In this document: piece after piece, positions 25,344-33,474 of the stretch
How the letters are laid out: each line of letters begins with the position of its first letter
Numbering within the stretch: the first letter of the stretch is position 1
The notes under the pieces: generated by a model
Told to the model about the DNA's origin: nothing
Database searches by the model: none
The model's input: the letters and a program-made list of their open reading frames with translations, nothing else
Position numbers and translations under genes: made by a program
Source of the DNA: Candidatus Shapirobacteria bacterium
GTDB taxonomy: Bacteria; Patescibacteriota; Microgenomatia; UBA12405
Reading direction: 5' to 3'
Assembly (NCBI GenBank): GCA_028704885.1
Contig: JAQWEN010000001.1
Span: 350,679-414,678 of the forward strand
DNA length: 64,000 nt

Positions 25344-26672
25344 TTAGGTTTTTATATACTCTATGTTAGCACCTAAAGAACAAAGACGTTCAGCTAATTT
25401 TTCATATCCTCTTTCAATATATTCAACACCGTCAATAATTGAAATGCCGGGTGCTGTAAGAGCGGCAACAGTGGCGGAAGCTCCAGCTCGAAGGTCGTTA
25501 ATGACAAAATTGGCTGGTTTGAGCATGGTGGGTCCATAAATTTTTACACCGTGGAAATATTCTGGATTATCACTGGCTTGGTTAAATTGATAGTAACTAT
25601 CAGGATCGTCAATGATTGGATTAAAAAATTTAAATTTGCTGCCCATTTTTTTAAGATTTTCAATGTGTTGAAATCTGTTTGGAAAAACTGTTTCAATAAG
25701 AGAACTACAACCGACAGTTTGGGTTAAAAGTACAGTAAAAATTGCCTGCCAGTCAGTCATAAATCCTGGTTCTGGGCCAGTTTCAATATCAATACTGGTT
25801 AACGGCTTTACCCATTGAATACAAATTTCATCATTACCAATTCTGACTTCGGCCCCCATTTTTTTTATAGTATCTAAAAAGGTTTTGACTATATCTGGTT
25901 TGATTCTTAAGATGCAGATAGAACCTTTGGTTGCCAAAGCGGCACAAGCAAAAGTAACAATTTCATTTCGATCACAAATTACACTGTGTTCGGTTCCATT
26001 TAGAGAAGAAACTCCCTGAATAGTAATTCTTTTTTCATCGGTTGGGTCTCTTTGAATTTTAGCCCCCATTTTATTTAACATTAAAATAAGATCATCTATT
26101 TCTGGTTCAAGAGCGGCATTATCAATAATGGTTTCACCTTCAGCTAGAACGGCGGTCATAATAATTACTTCGGTGACAGTATGAGATGGTTTGGTAAAAG
26201 TATAATGAGTACCAATAATTTTGTCGGTATTAAAGGTAATTTTATGATCTGTTTCGGAAACTTTAATATTCATTTGAGAGAAACAATCAAAAAGACGATC
26301 AAGAGGTCGGTTGCCTAATTTGTCTCCTCCTGGAGACGGAATGGTGGCGGTGCCAGTTCTGGCGAGAAGTGGAGCCACAAAAATAAAAGAAGTTCTAGAT
26401 TTTTCACCAGTACCACTGGGAACAATTGAATTAGTTATTTCTGGAGTAATTAATTCAAGACAATGCTCCCCTGTTTGTTTTACTTGACAGCCGAGACTTT
26501 TAGCAATACTGGTAGTTATTTTTACATCGGATATCTGAGGAACATTATTTAACAAGACGGTTTTGTCGGTCAACATTGAAGCAATTACTTGTTTGAAACT
26601 AGCGTTCTTGGCACCTCTAATAGAAACTTCGCCTTTAAGTTGTTTTCCGCCGGTTATTATGTATCTGGACAT
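25344..26672 (-). CDS. murA: UDP-N-acetylglucosamine 1-carboxyvinyltransferase MurA
   Basis: ITGGKQLKGEVSIRGAKNASFKQVIASML...LNNVPQISDV; 442 aa. Confidence 0.9.
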   Translation of the reverse strand: MSRYIITGGKQLKGEVSIRGAKNASFKQVIASMLTDKTVLLNNVPQISDVKITTSIAKSLGCQVKQTGEHCLELITPEITNSIVPSGTGEKSRTSFIFVAPLLARTGTATIPSPGGDKLGNRPLDRLFDCFSQMNIKVSETDHKITFNTDKIIGTHYTFTKPSHTVTEVIIMTAVLAEGETIIDNAALEPEIDDLILMLNKMGAKIQRDPTDEKRITIQGVSSLNGTEHSVICDRNEIVTFACAALATKGSICILRIKPDIVKTFLDTIKKMGAEVRIGNDEICIQWVKPLTSIDIETGPEPGFMTDWQAIFTVLLTQTVGCSSLIETVFPNRFQHIENLKKMGSKFKFFNPIIDDPDSYYQFNQASDNPEYFHGVKIYGPTMLKPANFVINDLRAGASATVAALTAPGISIIDGVEYIERGYEKLAERLCSLGANIEYIKT

Positions 26673-26675
26673 AGT

Positions 26676-28049
26676 TTATTTTAAAGAATTAATAATAGAT
26701 TTGACAATCTTGTTTGCCTCAAAACCGCCAGAACTCATATTTATTAAAATGTCACCACTTTTAAGATTTTGTTTGTAAAAATTAACAATATCTTCGTCTA
26801 TGGGAATATAAATTAAATTTTGACCAATGATATCTCTAAAATCTTTGGCAGTACTGCGATTATTTTTGTCGATAATATTATTATAGTTTAATTTAGATAA
26901 AACAATTTCAGAAGCTAAAGAGAAAGCATTTTTAAAATCTTTTAAACTTTCTTTATGTTGAATAAAAGAGGCATGAGGTTGATATAAAACTTTGATATTT
27001 CTTTTGGGAAAATGAGATTTAATGGCTGATAATGTAGATTTGATTCTGTTTGAAGATTGGGCAAAATCATCAAAAATCATGATATTTTTTTTATCAATAA
27101 TTTTTTCGATTCGACGTTTAATGCCTTTAAAAGTTAAAACAGCCTTTTTAATATCTGTTTGATTTAGATTAAGACTGTCGGCCATAGCAACTGCGGCTAA
27201 AATATTTTCAAAATTTAGTTGGCCGATTAATTTGGTTTTAATTTGAATAGTATTTCTGGGAGTTCTAATCTCTAAAAGAGAATAATTCTTTTTTATTTTG
27301 ATATTTTTCAGATAATAATCGGAATTGGATGAATTATAAGTAATTATTTTCGATTTGGAATAAAGACTTAATTCTTTGGTTTGAAAGCCTTTGGAATTAA
27401 TAAGTAAAAATCCTTTTTCGGGAATATTAGTTATTAATTTTTTAAAAGCATTAAAATTAGCAATTTCGGTTGAATAGGAATCTTTGTGCTCCCAATCAGC
27501 ACTGGTTAATAATAAAAATCTGACTGGATAATACAAGAATTTGGCTTGATCGTCGAGTCCATGAATTGATTCATCAGCTTCGACAATAGACCAATCTGAG
27601 GAAGAAATATTGGTAGCCGGAAAATGGTTAATAGCTTCGCCGCCAAACATATAGTTTGGATTGAGATTTGATTGACAAAAAATCCAAGAAATTAAAGAAG
27701 TAATAGTTGTTTTACCATAAGTTCCGGCAATTAAAACAGAATTTTCTTTAATTAAGTTTTCGGCAATAAATTGACTTGCTGAAATATATTTTATATTTAA
27801 TTTTTTAATTTGGTCGAATTCTTCTTTGGTATTTTTAAAATTAGAAAATGAAGAACCGATTATGGCTAAGTCGATAGTGGAGTCAATTTTGGAAGAATTT
27901 ATTTTAATATCAGTTTTTTTAAGAAGAGTACTGACAGGGGGATATATTTTTTCCTGATCAGAACCGGTAACTATATGACCTTCTTTTTTAAGAGCAACAG
28001 CCAAGGAGGCCGTCATAGTTCCAGCTATTCCTAAAATATGGATGTGCAT
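26676..28049 (-). CDS. MurC/Mpl-family Mur ligase; N-terminus most similar to murein-peptide ligase Mpl
   Basis: MHIHILGIAGTMTASLAVALKKEGHIVTGSDQEKIYPPVSTLL closely parallels E. coli Mpl MRIHILGICGTFMGGLAMLARQLGHEVTGSDANVYPPMSTLL (from memory); P-loop IAGTYGKTT; EADES. Confidence 0.7.
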   Translation of the reverse strand: MHIHILGIAGTMTASLAVALKKEGHIVTGSDQEKIYPPVSTLLKKTDIKINSSKIDSTIDLAIIGSSFSNFKNTKEEFDQIKKLNIKYISASQFIAENLIKENSVLIAGTYGKTTITSLISWIFCQSNLNPNYMFGGEAINHFPATNISSSDWSIVEADESIHGLDDQAKFLYYPVRFLLLTSADWEHKDSYSTEIANFNAFKKLITNIPEKGFLLINSKGFQTKELSLYSKSKIITYNSSNSDYYLKNIKIKKNYSLLEIRTPRNTIQIKTKLIGQLNFENILAAVAMADSLNLNQTDIKKAVLTFKGIKRRIEKIIDKKNIMIFDDFAQSSNRIKSTLSAIKSHFPKRNIKVLYQPHASFIQHKESLKDFKNAFSLASEIVLSKLNYNNIIDKNNRSTAKDFRDIIGQNLIYIPIDEDIVNFYKQNLKSGDILINMSSGGFEANKIVKSIINSLK

Positions 28050-28076
28050 AATAAATTAATTTTTAATTTGAAATTT

Positions 28077-28670
28077 TTAAACATATGGAATCCAATTACT
28101 ATCTTTAAAATATTCAAAACCAGGCATATTTCTTTTGTAATAACCTGACTCTTGAGAAAAACGACCAAGATAACAATATTTTAAGCCTAATCCTTGACTG
28201 TCGATTATAACTTGGAGAACTAATCTGATTGGTAAATTACTGTTGGCAAAAGCTGGATTGTAAAAAACATAAGCAATATGGCTAATTTCTTTTGAAAAAT
28301 AACACAAAGAATAGGCAATAATTTTATTTTGATCGTCTTTCCAAATATATAGATAATTAAAAATATGATTTCTAAAAACGTTTTTTACGGAACTGACTGG
28401 AAAATCCCAAGCAAGGGTTTTTGTCCAACTAATAATTTCTTTTTGAATTTTAAAATTATAATCAAAATCTTTTAGAGCTATTTTTTCAAAAGTAAAGTTT
28501 TCGGTTTTTCTTAAAATTCGGCGATTTTCTGAACTTAAATTGAAATTTTCTAAATTAGAACGACAACTGGTTTGAAAATAAAATGAATTTTTATCGTTTC
28601 TTTGGGGTAAAAGTCCGTTTTTATAATTTTCCTCAATACTATTAGTATTTTTTAAATTGAATTGAGTCAT
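28077..28670 (-). CDS. Ate1/Bpt-like aminoacyl-tRNA-protein transferase homolog (ATE_C-like), tentative
   Basis: SHIAYVFYNPAF...NLPIRLVLQVI and YCYLGRFSQESGYYKRNMPGFEYF parallel recalled Ate1 C-domain segments (SSVYFFYDPDY...[37 protein letters not shown]). No CGYC N-motif is present. Confidence 0.35.
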   Translation of the reverse strand: MTQFNLKNTNSIEENYKNGLLPQRNDKNSFYFQTSCRSNLENFNLSSENRRILRKTENFTFEKIALKDFDYNFKIQKEIISWTKTLAWDFPVSSVKNVFRNHIFNYLYIWKDDQNKIIAYSLCYFSKEISHIAYVFYNPAFANSNLPIRLVLQVIIDSQGLGLKYCYLGRFSQESGYYKRNMPGFEYFKDSNWIPYV

Positions 28671-28672
28671 TT

Positions 28673-29974
28673 TTATTTTATTTTTCTAAGTCTAAAAGCG
28701 GTTCTGAAAGCTTCTGCTTCAGACCAAGGATATTCGGTGTGACCATGAAGAATAGTGGTCTCATGGCCTTTACCACAAGCAATAACAACATCATTTGGTT
28801 GACTTAGTTTAATAGCTAAGTTGAAAGCATCTTGACGATTGGGGATATTAAAATAAACAAATTTATTTTTTGATAATTCAATTATTTTTTGAATTTGTTT
28901 TTTAGTTTTGATTTCTTGATAATCAATCAATTCTGATTTTTTAGGATCTATGCCACCAATTATCTGTTTGTTAATATTTTCTATTTTTTCATTTCTAGTG
29001 TCATCAGAGGTAATTAAGGCAATATTAGCTAATTTAGAAACAATTTCACCCATTTTAGGACGTTTGGATTGATCTCGTCCACCAGTGGCTCCAAAAATAA
29101 CAATAAGATTACCTTTGTTAATTTTTTTAAGTGATGAAAGTGACGATTCTAGGGCAAAAGGAGTATGGGCAAAATCTATAATAGTTTTAAATTTAAAATC
29201 ATTTGAAATTTCTTCTCGACGACCTTTGGTTTCGGGAAAATGCTCGATGGCTTTTTGGACAAAAGATGAATCAATTTTTAATTTTTGACAAACGGCTATG
29301 GCTAGAAGGATATTATAAATTTGATATTCGTAATTACTATCGGTGGTAAATTTCTGATCATTAACTTCAAAACTAAGAAGATTTTGATCTAATTTAATTT
29401 TTTTGGCTTGATAGTCTGAATTTTCTTTAATACTGAATGTTTTAAAAGGAACTTTAATTTGTTTTTTAATAATTTCGAAAGATTGATCATCTTTATTTAA
29501 AACGGCATTTTTTGATAAAGAAAATAATTTGGCTTTGGTATTAATGTAATTATTTAAATTTTTGTGATAATCAAGATGTTCATGGGAAGTGTTGGTAATT
29601 CCAGAAATTTCAAAATTACATCCAGAAAAACGATACTGATCAAGAGCATGAGAAGTAACCTCACAAACAACATGAGTTATTCCAGCCTTAACCATTTCAG
29701 CAAGAATTTTTTGAAGTAAAGATGGGTCTGGGGTGGTAGTGTGAAAACCAGTGTCGATTTCCCGATCTTCAATTTTGGCACCAATAGTAGTAATTAAGCC
29801 TGTTTTTAGACCAGATTGCTTTAAAATTTCATGAATTAAGGTACAGGTGGTAGTTTTACCATCGGTTCCAGTAATTCCAATAAGAGTCAATTTTCTTGAA
29901 GGAAATCCGTAGTAAAAGTTATAAAAAATACTTTTAGGTAGATGAATTCCAATATTTTTAAGTTTTTGAATCAT
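28673..29974 (-). CDS. murE: UDP-MurNAc-tripeptide synthetase MurE-like Mur ligase lacking the usual N-terminal UDP-binding domain
   Basis: FYYGFPSRKLTLIGITGTDGKTTT (P-loop), IIDFAHTP (D-x-A-H-x-P), IVIFGATGGRDQSKRPKMG...ALITSDDTRNE, ACGKGHE; only about 25 aa precede the P-loop. Confidence 0.7.
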   Translation of the reverse strand: MIQKLKNIGIHLPKSIFYNFYYGFPSRKLTLIGITGTDGKTTTCTLIHEILKQSGLKTGLITTIGAKIEDREIDTGFHTTTPDPSLLQKILAEMVKAGITHVVCEVTSHALDQYRFSGCNFEISGITNTSHEHLDYHKNLNNYINTKAKLFSLSKNAVLNKDDQSFEIIKKQIKVPFKTFSIKENSDYQAKKIKLDQNLLSFEVNDQKFTTDSNYEYQIYNILLAIAVCQKLKIDSSFVQKAIEHFPETKGRREEISNDFKFKTIIDFAHTPFALESSLSSLKKINKGNLIVIFGATGGRDQSKRPKMGEIVSKLANIALITSDDTRNEKIENINKQIIGGIDPKKSELIDYQEIKTKKQIQKIIELSKNKFVYFNIPNRQDAFNLAIKLSQPNDVVIACGKGHETTILHGHTEYPWSEAEAFRTAFRLRKIK

Positions 29975-29986
29975 TTCGGTGTTTAA

Positions 29987-31636
29987 TTATAACAAATCGT
30001 TTAGTTTTGACGCTAATTCGTACCAAATTGGAGCGGCGGTACTTGATCCCCAAGGGGAAGTTTTAGGATTATTAATGGTAACAATCATAGTAAATTTTGG
30101 GTTTTCACAGGGTGAAAAACCAATATATGAAGCAATGGTTTTAGAATCAGTATACTCTCCACCAATAGCTATTTGAGCAGTACCACTTTTAGCACAAACT
30201 TCCAGATTTTTAGGTTTAAATTGGGAAACAACACCATTTTCAACGGCATATTTTAAAATTGATTTCATATCCTTAATGGTTTGATCACTAAAGATTTTAG
30301 TTTCAGTTTGATTTTTATTTTTAATGATTTTATCCCCTTCTGTAAAATAATTGACAACTTTTGGTTTAACTAAAATACCGTTGTTAGCGATAGTATTAAA
30401 AGCTTGAAGCATATTAATTTGAGTGACGACAATCCCTTGGCCAAAGGAAGCGGTGGCTAAATCAATTTCTGGCCATTCGGTTTTTAATGATGGTTTGGCT
30501 TCTCCTTGAAGATCAATACCGGTTTTTTGACTAAGCCCAAGTTTTTGATAATAATTTAGGAAATTTTTAGTGCCAAGCTTAGCAATAATATGACTCATGC
30601 CGATATTGTCTGAGTTTTTGATAATATCTTGAAGACTAGAATCGGGATGAAGTTCATTATCCCAATTACTAATAAAATATTTACCGATAACATTGGGTCG
30701 ATTACATTGAGTACAAATATAGTTTGTGTTTATCGCTTTGGCATCGAGGGCCATAGAAACAATTATTGGTTTAAAAATTGATCCTGGTTCAAAAAGATCA
30801 GAGATAGCCGGATTCCTAATGGAACTGATTGTAGCCGAACTGCTGCTAGTAAGAGAAGACATAGCAATAATAGCTCCGGTTTTTGGTTCCATAATAGTAA
30901 TAGATCCAGAATCAGCCGAATATTTATCGATACCTTCTTTTAAAAGTTTTTCAACATAAAATTGAGCACTACGATTAATGGAGGTAAAAATATTTCTACC
31001 ATTTACTGATTCAGAGCTCCAACTTTTTTTATTTAGAATGGTCTTACCAGTGGCGTCTTGAGGGGCCCAAACAAAACCGGTTTTACCTTTTAATTGTTTT
31101 TGATAAAAAGCTTCTAGTCCCCCATAACCAACTTGTGATCCTTGGTAATCTTTACTAATAATTCCGAGAAGATCTTTAGCCATTAAATTTTCTGGATAAT
31201 ATCTTTTGGCTATTGTTTGAAATTCAAGCCCAGGAATTTCCAATTGTTTTTTTTGATTGTCGCTAAAATAGGAATTAAAAGTAATCCATTTTTGATTGGA
31301 ATTATTTTTAAATTTATCAATTGAAATATTGTTTTCAAGCTTAAAATCAGGATAAACTTGGTCGATTTTATCAATAACTTCGTCTAAACTATTTTTTAAA
31401 TTTGGTTTATAAATTGATAGTTGATAGATAGTTTGATTTAAAACCAAAGGAAAATTATCTGATGAATATATTTCTCCGCGTTCAGGGATTATTTTTTCTA
31501 GTTTATAAGCTTGGTTTTGAGCTTTTTCTTTTAATTCAGGTCCTTTTATAATTTGCCAATAAAAAAGCCGTGAAGAGACTAAAATAAAGCAGAAAGTTAG
31601 GGCAATAGATAATATTTTTGATCTTTGATTTACCAC
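29987..31636 (-). CDS. ftsI: Penicillin-binding protein (FtsI/PBP3-like transpeptidase)
   Basis: N-terminal TM, SIFKP (SxxK), SDN, KSGTA (KTG variant); GTG start. Confidence 0.85.
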   Translation of the reverse strand: MVNQRSKILSIALTFCFILVSSRLFYWQIIKGPELKEKAQNQAYKLEKIIPERGEIYSSDNFPLVLNQTIYQLSIYKPNLKNSLDEVIDKIDQVYPDFKLENNISIDKFKNNSNQKWITFNSYFSDNQKKQLEIPGLEFQTIAKRYYPENLMAKDLLGIISKDYQGSQVGYGGLEAFYQKQLKGKTGFVWAPQDATGKTILNKKSWSSESVNGRNIFTSINRSAQFYVEKLLKEGIDKYSADSGSITIMEPKTGAIIAMSSLTSSSSATISSIRNPAISDLFEPGSIFKPIIVSMALDAKAINTNYICTQCNRPNVIGKYFISNWDNELHPDSSLQDIIKNSDNIGMSHIIAKLGTKNFLNYYQKLGLSQKTGIDLQGEAKPSLKTEWPEIDLATASFGQGIVVTQINMLQAFNTIANNGILVKPKVVNYFTEGDKIIKNKNQTETKIFSDQTIKDMKSILKYAVENGVVSQFKPKNLEVCAKSGTAQIAIGGEYTDSKTIASYIGFSPCENPKFTMIVTINNPKTSPWGSSTAAPIWYELASKLNDLL

Positions 31637-31637
31637 T

Positions 31638-31895
31638 TTAATTTTGAAGATTAAGAGTCTCTTTTAAATTTATATAGTTTTTTTGGTTAATTAAGGTTTG
31701 GATTTGACTTAAAGAAGTTAGAGACGTAAATTGTTTTTTTAATTCTTGATTGGCAATTTTTAAGGATTGAAGACTACTTTGGTTTTTATTAATTGAATTA
31801 TTTTGATTAATAATTTCACTGGAATAATAAAAAGAAAAAAGGATCTGGCAGGCAATTAAAATAAAGAGAATTAGAAAAAATGGTTTATTTAACAT
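31638..31895 (-). CDS. FtsL-like small bitopic cell-division protein
   Basis: 85 aa, N-terminal TM then a coiled-coil/polar tail; located between rsmH and ftsI. Confidence 0.4.
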   Translation of the reverse strand: MLNKPFFLILFILIACQILFSFYYSSEIINQNNSINKNQSSLQSLKIANQELKKQFTSLTSLSQIQTLINQKNYINLKETLNLQN

Positions 31896-31896
31896 C

Positions 31897-32769
31897 TTAT
31901 ACTATTCTATACGATCTTAGGGTGGCTGAGCGAGAGAGTGGGTTTTTCTTAATTTCTTCAAAGGAAGCTTTGACTGATTTTTCGGCTTGACATAAAGGGT
32001 TTTGATTTAAGAATAGTTTAACAATTCTATCTTCACCGGAATGAAAAGTGATTATACAAACTTTTCCATCTTTTTTAACAACATTTAGACTTTGAATAAG
32101 TAGTTTTTTTAAATTTTCAAATTCATCGTTAACTATAATTCGAAGGGCCATAAAAATTTTTGTACTAGGATCTATTTTTGATCTGATATGACGGTCTTTG
32201 TAAAAATCTCGAATAATATTTGCCAATCTGGTGGCTGTTTTTATAGGTGATTTTTGACGTTCACTGATTATTCTTAAGACAATTGGTTTGCTATAAATTT
32301 CTTGGGCATATTTACTGAATATTTCAAAAAGCTCATCGTAGTCGTAAGTATTAATAATTTCTTCAGCAGTTAATTCTTGATTTTCTGGGTCGAGACGCAT
32401 ATCTAAGGAAGATTCGTCATTAAATGAAAATCCCCTACCTTGACCGGTTTGTTGATTTTGACTTAAGCCTAGATCAATAATTAAACCGTCAATTTTTTGT
32501 TTGATTTGATTGGTTACAATATTTTCCAATTCGTTAAAATTATTATGAACAGGAAAAAAGTGATTTTTGAAACCAGCTTCTTTAATACGGTTAGTGGCAA
32601 TTTCTAAATTTTGAGGATCTTGATCAATACCATAAACAAGGCCACCTTTTTTGAGAATTTCTAAAGTGTGGCCACCGTGACCAAGAGTGCCGTCGACATA
32701 AATTTTGTCTGGTTGGACATTAAGAAGATCAATAGTTTCGGTTGATAAAACTGGAATATGGAAATCCAT
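31897..32769 (-). CDS. rsmH: 16S rRNA (cytosine1402-N4)-methyltransferase RsmH/MraW
   Basis: HIPVL...DGTLGHGGHT...GIDQD; SAM-MTase fold. Confidence 0.9.
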   Translation of the reverse strand: MDFHIPVLSTETIDLLNVQPDKIYVDGTLGHGGHTLEILKKGGLVYGIDQDPQNLEIATNRIKEAGFKNHFFPVHNNFNELENIVTNQIKQKIDGLIIDLGLSQNQQTGQGRGFSFNDESSLDMRLDPENQELTAEEIINTYDYDELFEIFSKYAQEIYSKPIVLRIISERQKSPIKTATRLANIIRDFYKDRHIRSKIDPSTKIFMALRIIVNDEFENLKKLLIQSLNVVKKDGKVCIITFHSGEDRIVKLFLNQNPLCQAEKSVKASFEEIKKNPLSRSATLRSYRIV

Positions 32770-33473
32770 TATTGAGCAATGTAATCACCAACTATGGAAG
32801 TAAGATCTGTTTTAGTGACAGGGCTTGGTTCAATTGAAGTGATTTTACCTTTACCGTTGCCACTGGAAAAAACAGAATAAACAGAATTGAAATTTTTAAT
32901 AACGACAAAATAATCAGTTTTAGAAGCGACAGTGCCATTAATAATTAAATTTTCCTGATCCAAGGTTAATTTTTTTGCTTTATTAAGATCGGTGGCACTT
33001 TTTAAAGTGAAGGGAGTTTCGTAACTGACATATTGTTTGTCAGCAGTGGTTAAAGTTAAAGTAAGTGTTCCACCATTAACACCTTCGTCATATTTATATT
33101 TACAACCATTGGTACAACTGGCAGTGCCTAGCAATAAATCATCTTTTTCTAGTTCAGAACCAGTGAGCTTGATGGTACCACTGACACCTTTTTCGATTTC
33201 TAAATCTTGATCTTTGGCAGTATAAATTAATTCATAATCGACAGTGGTAAATTTAGTGGGTATTCCGGTAATTTTAAGAGTTAAATTGTGACCATCGGCG
33301 CGGGGAATAAGATTAACAACGGGTTTTTCGGTAGGACTTAATTCTATTTCTTTAGAAGCTTTTGTAGTTTCGGCTGGGGTATTAACGATAGTTTTTTTGT
33401 TACGGTAGAATAAAAAAGCTAATAGTAAAACTACGATAACGACTGGAAGTAAAATAATTGTTATTTTTTTCAT
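32769..33473 (-). CDS. Hypothetical membrane-anchored extracytoplasmic protein at the mraZ position
   Basis: N-terminal TM (ITIILLPVVIVVLLLAFLFY) plus a beta-rich domain; not MraZ-like. Confidence 0.35.
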   Translation of the reverse strand: MKKITIILLPVVIVVLLLAFLFYRNKKTIVNTPAETTKASKEIELSPTEKPVVNLIPRADGHNLTLKITGIPTKFTTVDYELIYTAKDQDLEIEKGVSGTIKLTGSELEKDDLLLGTASCTNGCKYKYDEGVNGGTLTLTLTTADKQYVSYETPFTLKSATDLNKAKKLTLDQENLIINGTVASKTDYFVVIKNFNSVYSVFSSGNGKGKITSIEPSPVTKTDLTSIVGDYIAQ

Positions 33474-33474
33474 T

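Noticed and set aside
26563-26778. 71-aa plus-strand ORF spanning the murA/Mpl-like junction
   Set aside because: Antisense to two motif-supported genes.
29085-30959. Small plus-strand ORFs antisense to murE and ftsI
   Set aside because: Antisense to motif-supported genes.
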